Shown: positions 28,665-38,847 of the stretch, piece after piece
How the letters are laid out: each line of letters starts with the position of its first letter
How positions within the stretch are numbered: the stretch's first letter is position 1
DNA from: a virus
Lineage: Duplodnaviria; Caudoviricetes
IMG/VR virus record: IMGVR_UViG_3300010944_000263
Span: 8,980 to 72,979 of that record
Strand: one strand, 5' to 3'
DNA length: 64,000 bases
The notes under the pieces: generated by a model
The model's database searches: none
What the model saw: only the letters and a program-made list of their open reading frames with translations
Told to the model about the DNA's origin: nothing
Position numbers and translations under genes: made by a program

Positions 28665-29381
28665 CTACATTGCTGGTATTTCGTCAGGGTCGCATTTTGC
28701 TTGAATTATGTAGTACTTACCACCTTGGTAATAAACCAAACCTTTTGTGCCAGCAAGCATACCTTCGAAAATCCGATCAGGATCGTATATGGTTTCATTC
28801 GCAACAAAACTTCCGTCCATTTCTTTGACGATAGCTTCCGCAGTGCCTTCATCCCAATCTTCGAACGAGTGAAAACGAAAAAGCCCTTCAGAACCAGCGT
28901 GAATGAATATCCAATTTACAGCCACGCCGTTATGGTCAAACAACAATTCAATAGAGGAAGAAAGGTCAATTGGATGACCAGCATTCGAGTCTCCATCCAC
29001 AACGCCTGGGTTCTGACCAACCCTCCAATTCACTGACGAAGGCGAAGGAGGAGTGTAAACAGCAGTGCCCTGGATTGGCAAGAAAGCAGGATACACCTCA
29101 CCTATGCTATATTTGCCTGCAGTTCTGCACCCAAATGGCTTAGCAACCGATATTCCAGGTTTATTCCTGTCTCCAGATTCGTAATCGACAAAACGAAGAA
29201 TCCTTGTGTCAAATCCCCTGCAAATAACATAGTCATCGTATTCGTCATCTGCCGCTATCTGCATCATCGCGCAGTACGGCAAGATACCTTCGATGCCAAG
29301 CGATGCAAACCCACCATCAACCGGATTAAACGGAGGCGGAATCTTGAAATTTGGTGTTGGTCGCCGCCGCTTTCGGAACAT
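28665..29381 (-). CDS. Putative structural protein (238 aa)
   Basis: Protein-like ORF in the tail operon. Confidence 0.55.
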   Translation of the reverse strand: MFRKRRRPTPNFKIPPPFNPVDGGFASLGIEGILPYCAMMQIAADDEYDDYVICRGFDTRILRFVDYESGDRNKPGISVAKPFGCRTAGKYSIGEVYPAFLPIQGTAVYTPPSPSSVNWRVGQNPGVVDGDSNAGHPIDLSSSIELLFDHNGVAVNWIFIHAGSEGLFRFHSFEDWDEGTAEAIVKEMDGSFVANETIYDPDRIFEGMLAGTKGLVYYQGGKYYIIQAKCDPDEIPAM

Positions 29382-29402
29382 TTAATCAAATCCTAAAAGT
29401 GC

Positions 29403-29415
29403 TGACAGGCTGTCA
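29403..29415. repeat. TGACA-N3-TGTCA palindrome copy 4 (intergenic)
   Basis: AAAAGTGCTGACAGGCTGTCACAA. Confidence 0.85.
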
Positions 29416-29518
29416 CAAGTTGCACCCACCCTAACTACATGCTCAAATAAAGCGAGCCGTTTGGAACATGGTACTTCCAAACGGCCCTAACCACCATGGA
29501 CCTAAGAAGGAGGCTCAA

Positions 29519-30364
29519 ATGGCTAAAAACGATTCTACAGCAGCTCGTCCCCGCGTCAAAGACATCTCTGGACAGCAATTTCACGACCTGACCGCAATTA
29601 GCTATGCCGGCACAAACCTCGGAAGCCAAGCAGGAGCATACTGGACATTTCGATGCGTATGCGGAACTGAAAAAATACTGAACGGTCGTGCTGTACGATC
29701 TGGGTCTACCAAATCGTGCGGCTGCAGCAAGCATCGCACAAATGAAGTCGGAAACACTTACTTCAAGCTGACGGTCATCGAGTTCGCTGGCAAATCTAAA
29801 GGCGGAGACTCTCGTTGGCTTTGCAGGTGCGAGTGCGGAAACACAACCGTCGTTGACAGGGCAGCATTTCGAAAAGGAAGCATAAAGTCTTGCGGATGCC
29901 ACAGAGCCCGAGCAGGAGGTAGATGCGAAACTTCCGAGTACACTTCCTGGAAGGAAATGAAAAGACGATGCGACCCAGACTACAAAGACAAGCACCTGTA
30001 CGCCGAAAGAGGAATCACGATTTGCGAAAAATGGGCTAACAGCTTCAACGCTTTTTTTGAAGACATAGGACCAAAACCATTTCCAGAAGCCACAGTAGAT
30101 CGAATCAATAACGACCTCGGATACTTTCCCGAAAACTGCCGATGGGCGACAAAGCTCGAGCAAAGCCAAAACACTCGCAAAGCACGCATGTTGACGTTCA
30201 ATGGCGAAACTCTTTGTTTGCGAGAATGGGCAAGACGACTTGGAATTACGCACGCAACTCTGGCAAGTCGCATCAATAAAGGATGGGAACCGGAGAAGAT
30301 ATTTTCTAGCGAACACTATTTCTCTCCTCCTCCTAGAAAAACCAAGAAGAATAAGCAGGACTAA
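29519..30364 (+). CDS. Free-standing HNH homing endonuclease, antisense to the late operon
   Basis: Two W.CRC.CG...SCGC domains, WKEMKRRC, RGITIC, TVDRINNDLGYFPENCRWAT, C-terminal HTH; AGGAGG SD. Confidence 0.85.
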   Translation: MAKNDSTAARPRVKDISGQQFHDLTAISYAGTNLGSQAGAYWTFRCVCGTEKILNGRAVRSGSTKSCGCSKHRTNEVGNTYFKLTVIEFAGKSKGGDSRWLCRCECGNTTVVDRAAFRKGSIKSCGCHRARAGGRCETSEYTSWKEMKRRCDPDYKDKHLYAERGITICEKWANSFNAFFEDIGPKPFPEATVDRINNDLGYFPENCRWATKLEQSQNTRKARMLTFNGETLCLREWARRLGITHATLASRINKGWEPEKIFSSEHYFSPPPRKTKKNKQD

Positions 30365-32355
30365 TTGGGGGCGAGCCATCCTCCAGAACTATCCCCAAGC
30401 GCGCTGACCATCTTCGACATCTCTGCCCACTCAGGTGAAATATCATCCCGTCTCTCAACGAACGAGTACAGCCCAACAAGCAGCTTGTTTCTCTCGTCCA
30501 ACTGGTACGCCATCAACGCTCGGTTCTGATCGGCTACCGTCTTCCATCCATCGAGACGCTGAACAGCAACGTTCATCTTCTGAACAATCGCCTTCTGACG
30601 ATGATCCGCAAGAATGTTCGCGTTTTGCATCAGCAAAGCTGCATACCGTTCCTTGCCACCGATCAAGCCATTCAACGCCGCCTGCAACTGCTGCAACAGA
30701 GTATCTCGCTGCGACATCTGCCCGCGAGTAATCTCTTGCTTGGATCCATGCTGCTGATTGATTGCGGCAATGTGCTGAGCCTCAATCTGCTGGAGTTGCT
30801 CGTAATACCTGTTCGTCTCAGTATTATCCCACTTCGCAAACAAGTCTCTCAATTGGTAGATTCGATCCAGCGAATCCGCGGTACGTTGCCGAACGTCCTG
30901 CAAGCGAGCGTACAACTGCGATTCGACATCTAGCCCCAATCGAGCATTCGCATCTTTCGCAGCAAAGATAGCCTGCTTTCCAGCCAAGATCCTATTTCGA
31001 GCCTCTTGCAACAACGAGAATGTGCCCGTCACCAACGAGGCTTGGTATCGCAACACTTCCTGCCGAACCGCGTGCAATTGGCTTGTGCCATCAAGCGTCC
31101 TAGCTCTCATTGCAGCACGCTGATCGTAAATCCTGTGCTCGTTATCCAACTTCTCTCGGTTCAAACGGTCATTGAGCAACTGAATCTGCTCATCTCGATC
31201 CCGATGATTCCTTGCCGTGATATCCAACGCAATCGCAGACGAATAAAGACCTCTGCTAGTCAACTGTTGCAACTGAGCCGACAGATTCGCAGCAAACTGC
31301 TCGTTAATTCGAGCCAGTTCTGTTGCACCGAGGCCATTTAGATACCCAAGCGTCGCGCTTGCGTGAATGTTGTAATCACTGACAAGCAAATCGAGGATGT
31401 CTTGATAATCAACCGCGAATTGACTGACCAGACTTCCTGCCTGCGTCCTGAACGCATCCATATCGTTCTCAATCGAGAAGTAATCTGCCTCCAGCGCAGA
31501 CAGAATCGCATTCACGTCGGCAACGTACGCTGAAACGTTGTTCGATGCCGTATCCAGCAAGTTATCAATCGTCGCCGCATGTGCCGAGTAATTGTTCGCC
31601 AGGATCAAGAACTGCTGGTTATAGTCCGCAACGTGACCGGAAAGGACACCTCCAAGAGACGAAATATCAGCCAAGACTCTCCCTAGATGAGCCGCGTAAT
31701 TCGCATCCAATTCAGCTAGCTTGGCAGTGTAGTCGGTTATGAACGTCTGCAAGTCAGTGTCTTGCTGATCAAACATGCCAACAATCACGTTTGCACTGTT
31801 CTGAGCATTCGTCTCGAGATCGGACAATCGACTATCGAAATCGTCGATGGCTGCCTTGGCTTCTTCCGCATCAATGACGATCTGAGCCTGATTATCGCTA
31901 ATCAAGTCGTCAATCTCGCTCATGTACTCATCAAGATCCGCCAAGTACACGCCAGCCTGTGCGTTTTGCTGCGACGTTTGCGCATCAAACTGAACGTGCG
32001 AACTGTCGATCATCTGCGTCCAGTTGGCGAGAATCTGGTTGTATCGAACCTGATTCGCTGTTCTGGCTTCGTTCGCCGCGATCGTGTAGTTGTTGCAAAG
32101 ACTCAGCAAAACCTGAACAGGCTGCATCCCGTTGCGACGAAGCGAGAAGTAGTTCGTCGGCGGCCTCGTCGTCGAGTCTTGCCGAATACCAGTAACTTCG
32201 TACCCCTGAGCAACCAGCCACCCCATGATGCTCTCTGGAACATCCGTGACAGTCTGCGAGGTGAACCACAGATCCAAAAACGGATTCGTGACTCGCGGAA
32301 GCCACAATTCGCTCTGCGACGGGTTTTGCTCTGGTACTGATGGTATCGACGACAT
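30361..32355 (-). CDS. Long coiled-coil putative internal virion protein (664 aa)
   Basis: A/D/Q/L-rich heptads; position among tail/ejection genes. Confidence 0.6.
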   Translation of the reverse strand: MSSIPSVPEQNPSQSELWLPRVTNPFLDLWFTSQTVTDVPESIMGWLVAQGYEVTGIRQDSTTRPPTNYFSLRRNGMQPVQVLLSLCNNYTIAANEARTANQVRYNQILANWTQMIDSSHVQFDAQTSQQNAQAGVYLADLDEYMSEIDDLISDNQAQIVIDAEEAKAAIDDFDSRLSDLETNAQNSANVIVGMFDQQDTDLQTFITDYTAKLAELDANYAAHLGRVLADISSLGGVLSGHVADYNQQFLILANNYSAHAATIDNLLDTASNNVSAYVADVNAILSALEADYFSIENDMDAFRTQAGSLVSQFAVDYQDILDLLVSDYNIHASATLGYLNGLGATELARINEQFAANLSAQLQQLTSRGLYSSAIALDITARNHRDRDEQIQLLNDRLNREKLDNEHRIYDQRAAMRARTLDGTSQLHAVRQEVLRYQASLVTGTFSLLQEARNRILAGKQAIFAAKDANARLGLDVESQLYARLQDVRQRTADSLDRIYQLRDLFAKWDNTETNRYYEQLQQIEAQHIAAINQQHGSKQEITRGQMSQRDTLLQQLQAALNGLIGGKERYAALLMQNANILADHRQKAIVQKMNVAVQRLDGWKTVADQNRALMAYQLDERNKLLVGLYSFVERRDDISPEWAEMSKMVSALGDSSGGWLAPN

Positions 32356-32371
32356 GGCTTACCTACTTTCC

Positions 32372-34510
32372 TTACGCGGCCGCAGCTCTCGCATTCATAT
32401 CAAACACCGTCAGAGTGTTTGCAGCCGAACAGAAACACCGGACACCCTTGCTAGCAGGAATCACAACAGCAGCGTTTACTCCAAGACCGTTCAGAGTACC
32501 ACCTGTCGGCGGGTACAACTTCGCTGCAATCGCACTGTTGTTGATGATCTCGAAAATGTCTCCGGCTGCACACGTAGGCAACATGACACCCTTCGCCGCA
32601 TTGTCCGAAGTGATGAACTGCGTATTCGATGCTCCAAGCAATGCGGCATCCGTGTACAACGATCCAGCAGCAGCAACAGCAGCAGACGTAAGGCTCGCAT
32701 ACGGAGCCCAAGCACCTACGCCATTGATAAACTGCCTTGCGTTGTTGCTCAGCTTTGGAAGCAATCCGTGCCGAGACGTGGTAGCGTCAAGGTCCGTGTT
32801 GTCATCTGGCGCCGTAAAGTCATCCAGCTTGATCGCCTTAGCGTCAGCAAGGAACCTAGTGTCCCACAATTCTCCAATAGTCAGGCGAAGCGGAGAGCCA
32901 GAATTGAGAATGTAAATCGTGTCTGCATCCACTGCCGACGTTGCAGCAGTCAAAGCGGAAACGTAAGTCGCAAACGCCGACCAAAGATGCGTACGAAAAT
33001 CCGAAAGAGTGACCTTTTTGTTAGTCCCTCCATCGTCAACCATAAGCAGGTCAGCATCGGAAAGCGTAGCGGTAGACAACGCACCAATGCTAATCGCTCC
33101 AGCAACAACCGTGCTAACGTATGTCGCAAGAGCTCCCACATCCAGCTTGTAGCTAGTCGAACTTCGACGCATCCAAAGATCATCACCAGCCTGAACCGCG
33201 GGAGACGCATCCAGCTTGTCCCACATCTCTGTTTCGACATAGGACGCGATGTTCGCACCGGTGATTTTCTTCGGGGTACTTCCCTCAATCACGTAGAACA
33301 CATCCGCGTCTTCAAGCGTCGTCAGTGCAGTCAATCCCGAGACGTACGTTTGGAAGTCTGCCCAAAGTTTCGTCTCGAGCTCGGTCAGCGTAGCCTTACG
33401 AGGAGTTGACCCATCGCCAACAAGAAACAACGATCCAGACGCAAGAGTAGCCGAGCTTAGCCCCGTCAGATTCAAAACAGTGCTCTGAACTCCGTTCAAA
33501 ACAAACGTCGAAAGCTGATCGACCGTAACAGAATAGGTGGTCCCACCCCTTCCAATCAGAATCTTGTCGGCGGTAACAACTGGACTTCCGCTGCTCGCAG
33601 ACCAACCAGACGCAAGCACATGGGTAGACAACAATCCAACATCGAGCTTGTATTGAACGCCAGAACGAAAAATCAAGAAATCGTCACCAGCAGCAACAGC
33701 AACAGCATCGGAAGCACTGTCTTGCGTACCAATGATGTACGAAGCCAAATTCGCTCCGGTAGCCGTTCTTCCTGTTCCGCTTCTCTCCAGCAAGAACACG
33801 TCCGTCGCATTGGCTGCAGCTCCAAGAGCCGAGTATGTATCCCAAGCCGTTGAGACGATATCGACACCCACCTTGCCCTGAACATACGTGGCAATCGTCG
33901 ATGCAGCGACCTTGCTAGCGACTCCATTGTCACTCACATAGAACACGTCAGCATCAGCCAAAGTACCAACAGCAGGCAGAGCACTTGTGTACGCCAAGAA
34001 CTGCGAATGAACCCTAGCAGCAATCGCCGCAAACGTCGTCTTGAGTGCTGTAGAGCCCTGCGCAACAACGTACGCATCGCTATCGGTCAGCGTTGCCACT
34101 GCAAGCGAAGAAATCTGAGAGCCAAGCGAAACAGCCGACGAATCAAGAAACGTTTTCACGTTGTCGATGTCGATTTGCTTGAGTGTTCCACTGTCGTTGA
34201 AAACCAGCTTGTCGCCGCTCGCAATCGAACTCGCCGTAGTGATCGCTTCCAGCTTATCAACGATCCAATTGAAAAAATTGTCCGCAGTAAGGATCTTCTC
34301 CACGTCAGACTGAAAGACGTTGATTTCATCGGAATCGCTAACCGTCGTGATGACAGACGCCTGATGCAACTGGTCCACCACAAACGCAGCAAGTGCCGTG
34401 GCAGTAATATGCTTCGAGTCAGAACCATCAACCAACGGGATCTTTTCCGGACCAGACAGGGTATCCAGCGAAAGACCTGAAACGAAATCGGAAAAACTCA
34501 CGTCGCTCAT
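32372..34510 (-). CDS. Tail fibre-like protein with ~45-50 aa internal repeats
   Basis: Recurrent L...D.F.V...G...K.T...LA.YV units; TAATG overlap with the upstream gene. Confidence 0.6.
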   Translation of the reverse strand: MSDVSFSDFVSGLSLDTLSGPEKIPLVDGSDSKHITATALAAFVVDQLHQASVITTVSDSDEINVFQSDVEKILTADNFFNWIVDKLEAITTASSIASGDKLVFNDSGTLKQIDIDNVKTFLDSSAVSLGSQISSLAVATLTDSDAYVVAQGSTALKTTFAAIAARVHSQFLAYTSALPAVGTLADADVFYVSDNGVASKVAASTIATYVQGKVGVDIVSTAWDTYSALGAAANATDVFLLERSGTGRTATGANLASYIIGTQDSASDAVAVAAGDDFLIFRSGVQYKLDVGLLSTHVLASGWSASSGSPVVTADKILIGRGGTTYSVTVDQLSTFVLNGVQSTVLNLTGLSSATLASGSLFLVGDGSTPRKATLTELETKLWADFQTYVSGLTALTTLEDADVFYVIEGSTPKKITGANIASYVETEMWDKLDASPAVQAGDDLWMRRSSTSYKLDVGALATYVSTVVAGAISIGALSTATLSDADLLMVDDGGTNKKVTLSDFRTHLWSAFATYVSALTAATSAVDADTIYILNSGSPLRLTIGELWDTRFLADAKAIKLDDFTAPDDNTDLDATTSRHGLLPKLSNNARQFINGVGAWAPYASLTSAAVAAAGSLYTDAALLGASNTQFITSDNAAKGVMLPTCAAGDIFEIINNSAIAAKLYPPTGGTLNGLGVNAAVVIPASKGVRCFCSAANTLTVFDMNARAAAA

Positions 34511-35751
34511 TATCGCCAAGCTCCACTGGGTTGAATTACTGCACTCGCACCCTCCCAAGCCCAATCACCGCTCAATGCAGACAGCAAAAGAATCATGTAC
34601 TTTCCGCGAGCCCTAGGATAACACCGATGGTTCACACCAGAAATCCATACGCCCATGCTGTGAATGTTCAAAGGCTCCTCTTCTTCCATCAGAGCCTCTA
34701 TCGCCGCCTTAGCATTGACGCACACCTGTTCAGCCGTGTCAGCAACCAAAACTCGCCAAATCACGTTTACACCGCCATTGGCTAGGATTCCATGCAACTG
34801 AATCAGCCTTCCGAACGTGTTCCCGTCTCCCATCAGAAACGGACCAATCGCTATATGCGAACCAGAGTACCCGACCTTAAACGGCCAAAACCCTTGCCGC
34901 TCAGTATCGAATAGCCAAGAAACTTCGTCAGGGATATGCACATACACCCCACGAGTCTCATGGTCGTACTCTAGCACCGTTTCGTCATCGGTGACTCCCG
35001 TCAACTCTTCCGGAATCACATCTTCTGATATCGCTTGCAAACCGTCTCCGCTCGCTCCGATCGTGTACAGACCATGCGACGACAGGAAGTAATATCGATC
35101 AAGATGATCCCGACACCACGCCTTCGGACCAACAATGCCAACATCTCGAGATATGTTTCGCATCGCGCCGCCATCAGCAGGATCGCCTTGGATAACCCAA
35201 ACCGAGTCACTGGTGAAGGCTAGCATGTACGCATCCTTGTGAGGAATCAACGCAACAACGTCCGACCCCAACTCGCCAGCCTCAGCAAGCTGCATCGCAA
35301 ATGGACGCATCACATCGCTGACATCAGCACTGAGCGACCAATCCGCGTAATTGCCTACCCTGCTAGCATAGATAGCTCTGCCAGCAGGACAGACCATTCT
35401 GTCTCGATAGATGCACTGAGCTTCGTTGTACGGAGGAGCTCCAGAACCAACGTTCGCATACTGAACACCTCCGCTGTGAACAACAGAGACGTTCTCGATC
35501 AGTACTATTTGATTTCCATCTTCGTCTACAACATTATCGCCAGTGTCGTCAACGAAGTATTGGCTTTGCGTACTCGGGACCACTGCAGCCGCGGCAGGAG
35601 CCCAAGAACCGCCACGAAGCCGACCAGTGAAGTCTTCCATCCTCACATTCATGGAGTACGGAGCAAAATACCGATCTCTCCTGCCAGCTTGCTGCCGAAA
35701 GGAGAATCTTCTGCTGATTCCTGACGGAAAAACAATCTCTTTTGTCGGCAT
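34510..35751 (-). CDS. Putative tail tubular/stabilisation protein (beta-propeller-like)
   Basis: Size, beta-repeat character (VGIVGPKAW, YYFLSSHGLY) and position typical of podoviral tail tube B. Confidence 0.5.
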   Translation of the reverse strand: MPTKEIVFPSGISRRFSFRQQAGRRDRYFAPYSMNVRMEDFTGRLRGGSWAPAAAAVVPSTQSQYFVDDTGDNVVDEDGNQIVLIENVSVVHSGGVQYANVGSGAPPYNEAQCIYRDRMVCPAGRAIYASRVGNYADWSLSADVSDVMRPFAMQLAEAGELGSDVVALIPHKDAYMLAFTSDSVWVIQGDPADGGAMRNISRDVGIVGPKAWCRDHLDRYYFLSSHGLYTIGASGDGLQAISEDVIPEELTGVTDDETVLEYDHETRGVYVHIPDEVSWLFDTERQGFWPFKVGYSGSHIAIGPFLMGDGNTFGRLIQLHGILANGGVNVIWRVLVADTAEQVCVNAKAAIEALMEEEEPLNIHSMGVWISGVNHRCYPRARGKYMILLLSALSGDWAWEGASAVIQPSGAWR

Positions 35752-35759
35752 TCAATTTC

Positions 35760-36152
35760 TTACGCAGCAGCTTCGAGACCAGCGACAGTTCCGTTGCCAG
35801 CAATCGTGAACGCTTTCCAACTGGTAGCTGACTCCGCAATCGCCACCACCATCTGATTGGCGGCAACAGCAGACTCAGCACTTGCGCCAGTTCCACCATT
35901 GATTGCAATAGTCGCAGGAGCACTTGAGCGCAACTCACCACCAGTCGCAGCGCCGGCAATGATGACGATCTTGCCAGGAACAGGAGTTGGAAGAATCAAA
36001 ATGTTGTCCGCGGCTCCCCAAGTCGGAGTGACAACCTGAATGAATCTTTCGTCAGGAATACGAACGCCAGAAGAGCTTGCAGTCAGCCGTACGGACCCTG
36101 GTCCCTCTTCCGAAAAAGCCTCAAGCAAATCATGCAAAATACGGTGACTCAT
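35760..36152 (-). CDS. Putative structural protein
   Basis: A/T/G-rich beta protein in the late operon. Confidence 0.5.
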   Translation of the reverse strand: MSHRILHDLLEAFSEEGPGSVRLTASSSGVRIPDERFIQVVTPTWGAADNILILPTPVPGKIVIIAGAATGGELRSSAPATIAINGGTGASAESAVAANQMVVAIAESATSWKAFTIAGNGTVAGLEAAA

Positions 36153-36174
36153 AGTCAATCCCTTCAAAAATAGA

Positions 36175-36495
36175 TCAGTCTTTCAAAGTAACGCCAACAG
36201 AACCAGAAGCATTTCCGGTCATCTTCAACCAAGCAGCTCCCTGAAGATCGGAAGGAATCGGATAAGATCGACCAGCAGCAACCGTCTGAGTAACTGCACC
36301 AGCCGAATTGTAAGCAGGAAGGTACGTCCCTCTCTCTTTAGTGGACACATGCCATGTCAGAGTCGTAATGCTGGAACCAGAAGGAACGTGAACCATTCCA
36401 CGCTCAAAATCAGCATAAGGAACAGCCTTGCTGCTAACTTCGCTAGTAGAAACGACAACAGATTCGATTGATGTAATGTAATGAGCGTTTGTCAT
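36175..36495 (-). CDS. Putative structural protein (106 aa)
   Basis: ATGA overlap with the upstream gene; beta-rich. Confidence 0.55.
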   Translation of the reverse strand: MTNAHYITSIESVVVSTSEVSSKAVPYADFERGMVHVPSGSSITTLTWHVSTKERGTYLPAYNSAGAVTQTVAAGRSYPIPSDLQGAAWLKMTGNASGSVGVTLKD

Positions 36496-37745
36496 AATCC
36501 GTTCCCGTTCAAAGTTAATCTTCCGATACGCTGCTCTCGCAACCGATAATCATAATCGAAAACGCTGAATTTACCACGTTCGCCCTTTGGAGCGTCTGGA
36601 CCCAATGAAGTTGGCGAGCTTCTCTCCAAATCGTTGCGAATAGCCAATGCAATCATCTCCAGGAAACGTTTTTCGTGAACATGCTCCCTTTCCTCGAAAT
36701 TGTGCTCGGCGCTAGCCAAACACGCTTCCAGGATGACCTGAGACAAGACCTCAGCTCCAATTGGGTACTGATTCACGCTATCTAGCATGACAGGACGCAG
36801 GAGCATCGGCACCCGCATGGTGTACTCTTCGTCTGGAGTTGGGTAAAACGCCAAGACCTTTCGACTGCCTACCGTTGGATCGAACATATCAGTGCGAACC
36901 GAGTAAAAGACAGGACGACCGAACTCGGGATTGTTCTGCTCGAACTTCCGAATAGCCTGATCGCCTCGCTGCTTCACCGGGGGATAGAACGCACTATCGC
37001 TTGGGTAATACGTCAAATCACTGTCATTCGCAATCGCCTCGAACTCAACAGGCATTGGGATCTCAGGACGGGCTAGCTGGTAGTTCGAAGCCGAAGCGAC
37101 GTTCACCGACCCGTTATCAAGCGTAATCTGGGTATTTCCGTCCCGGCTCGCCACCGAGTAGTAGTTCCCGTTCACCTTAAAAATGCCATCTTCTGCCCAG
37201 CTTGGGAAGGATCCGCCAGTCAGAGTAACGACACCAGCAGAGACAGTAACCGTTCCAGTGACGTACGGCGCCGTTGTAGACACATCAACCACCGGACGGA
37301 AGAATGACCAGTCATGCGAAGCGTACACACGCTGCAGTCCATCCTGAATGCAATCTTCGATGTCAGAAACCTGATCCGCCGAAAAGTCGCTTCGGATCCC
37401 AAATAAGTAATGCCCAACACGTTCCTTGAGATTCAAGTAGCTGATAGCCATGCGGCTACCAATGAACACATCAGCGCGAGCATCAAAGTCCGACTCGAAG
37501 AAATACGTCGAACTTCCGTAAAGAAACTCCACGAACGCCGTGTACGGGACGCCTACCACGTCATCGAACTGGTACTCATACGTTCCAACATCAACGCGGA
37601 GCATTGCCGTTCCATCTGCAACAACAACCTCGTTAGTGTCCGTTCTCTTAACGCCATACGTGCCTGTAGGATCAGACAGAACCGCCGAAACAACATCAGT
37701 AGGCACGCCGTTGACTTTGAAAACCTGACGAATCGTACGCGACAT
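36492..37745 (-). CDS. Putative head-tail adaptor/tail tubular A-like protein
   Basis: ISYLNLKERVGHYL...IQDGLQRVYASHDWSFF, G.P.FY, FYPTPD patterns typical of adaptor proteins. Confidence 0.55.
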   Translation of the reverse strand: MSRTIRQVFKVNGVPTDVVSAVLSDPTGTYGVKRTDTNEVVVADGTAMLRVDVGTYEYQFDDVVGVPYTAFVEFLYGSSTYFFESDFDARADVFIGSRMAISYLNLKERVGHYLFGIRSDFSADQVSDIEDCIQDGLQRVYASHDWSFFRPVVDVSTTAPYVTGTVTVSAGVVTLTGGSFPSWAEDGIFKVNGNYYSVASRDGNTQITLDNGSVNVASASNYQLARPEIPMPVEFEAIANDSDLTYYPSDSAFYPPVKQRGDQAIRKFEQNNPEFGRPVFYSVRTDMFDPTVGSRKVLAFYPTPDEEYTMRVPMLLRPVMLDSVNQYPIGAEVLSQVILEACLASAEHNFEEREHVHEKRFLEMIALAIRNDLERSSPTSLGPDAPKGERGKFSVFDYDYRLREQRIGRLTLNGNGL

Positions 37746-37746
37746 A

Positions 37747-38058
37747 CTATTGCACCGTTATGTTGTTGCCTTCAACGCTCACATTGACTTGGCTACCGCC
37801 AGCCTTGCTAAGAGGGTAATTGTCGACAGCCGCAAACAACTCGACAGAGCGCATGCCGCTGTTACCCTGAGCATCTCCGCAGCGAAAGGACCATTCGCCA
37901 ACCAAACTCTCATTGACCGTGATTCTGTACTCCCAGGATCCGCTTCCACCGATAGGCGTCATTGCGTAGCTAGCCGCTGGAGTCCCAGTACCGCCTCGGC
38001 TAACAGCATAGGCTAACGACGTGTTTGGGTACGCACTTAGCTCAATCGTTTTAGCCAT
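37747..38058 (-). CDS. Hypothetical protein (103 aa)
   Basis: Operon context. Confidence 0.55.
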   Translation of the reverse strand: MAKTIELSAYPNTSLAYAVSRGGTGTPAASYAMTPIGGSGSWEYRITVNESLVGEWSFRCGDAQGNSGMRSVELFAAVDNYPLSKAGGSQVNVSVEGNNITVQ

Positions 38059-38078
38059 TTTTCGACTCCGGAATTTTG

Positions 38079-38091
38079 TGACAGGCTGTCA
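38079..38091. repeat. TGACA-N3-TGTCA palindrome copy 5 (intergenic)
   Basis: TTTTGTGACAGGCTGTCAAAAA. Confidence 0.85.
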
Positions 38092-38099
38092 AAAATCGC

Positions 38100-38786
38100 C
38101 TAATCGACGACCTTCGACACCACCGAACCGATTCCATTGTACCACTCCTGCCACGTTCTATCACGAATGCACGCGCCAGGAAATTCCAACAAAACAGGCT
38201 CATAACTCTGCAATTCCATGGTTGTCGTAAACTTCTGACGAAAATAAAGCGGCTCATTCCATGGTCGACGAGCACCCCGCCAATCGTACGCCGTCATGTA
38301 CTGAGCATCTCGCTGGGTAATCTGCTCCCCAGGCTCCAACGCAGGAGACATGATGTCACTTTGCACCGAAGAATGATGATTTCCGCCAGCTAAGTGCATG
38401 AATTCGTGAACCATCGCAGTAACGCATGTCAGCATACTGCCTCCAAAATTGAACACCGGAGAAATGCGAATCTCCAATCTCGAGCGATTCGCCCACGCAG
38501 CCCATCCAGGACCTCCAACGGAAGCCGAGCAAATGAACTTTACTCTCGCATTGGGGACTGTGAGCTGCTTTCCGCGGATTGCCCAATACTCACCAAGGTA
38601 GTCAAACATCGCCTGAAGTGCTCCCCACTTGAACGTCGGATTCACCCTGGCTCCTCTGTCAATCAATCGAACCCATGTAATTTCTCGCATCACTTGCTCC
38701 TTTGTCTGCATTCCTAAATAGAAACCGCATTGTACCGCACTCACAACCCAAACGCTAAAAAGGATTTTCGGAACAACTCGTTGCAC
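38100..38786 (-). CDS. Metzincin (matrixin-like) zinc metalloprotease with signal/TM segment
   Basis: HEFMHLAGGNHH zinc motif plus SDIMSP Met-turn. Confidence 0.7.
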   Translation of the reverse strand: MQRVVPKILFSVWVVSAVQCGFYLGMQTKEQVMREITWVRLIDRGARVNPTFKWGALQAMFDYLGEYWAIRGKQLTVPNARVKFICSASVGGPGWAAWANRSRLEIRISPVFNFGGSMLTCVTAMVHEFMHLAGGNHHSSVQSDIMSPALEPGEQITQRDAQYMTAYDWRGARRPWNEPLYFRQKFTTTMELQSYEPVLLEFPGACIRDRTWQEWYNGIGSVVSKVVD

Positions 38787-38847
38787 TTAAAGAATCCGCA
38801 ATTAGCATTGATTAGAGAGTGTAACGCCAATCATCTAGGAGAATCAC

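Noticed and set aside
29416-30380. Group I intron carrying the HNH
   Set aside because: The insertion is intergenic and antisense; no interrupted gene or intron core was recognised.
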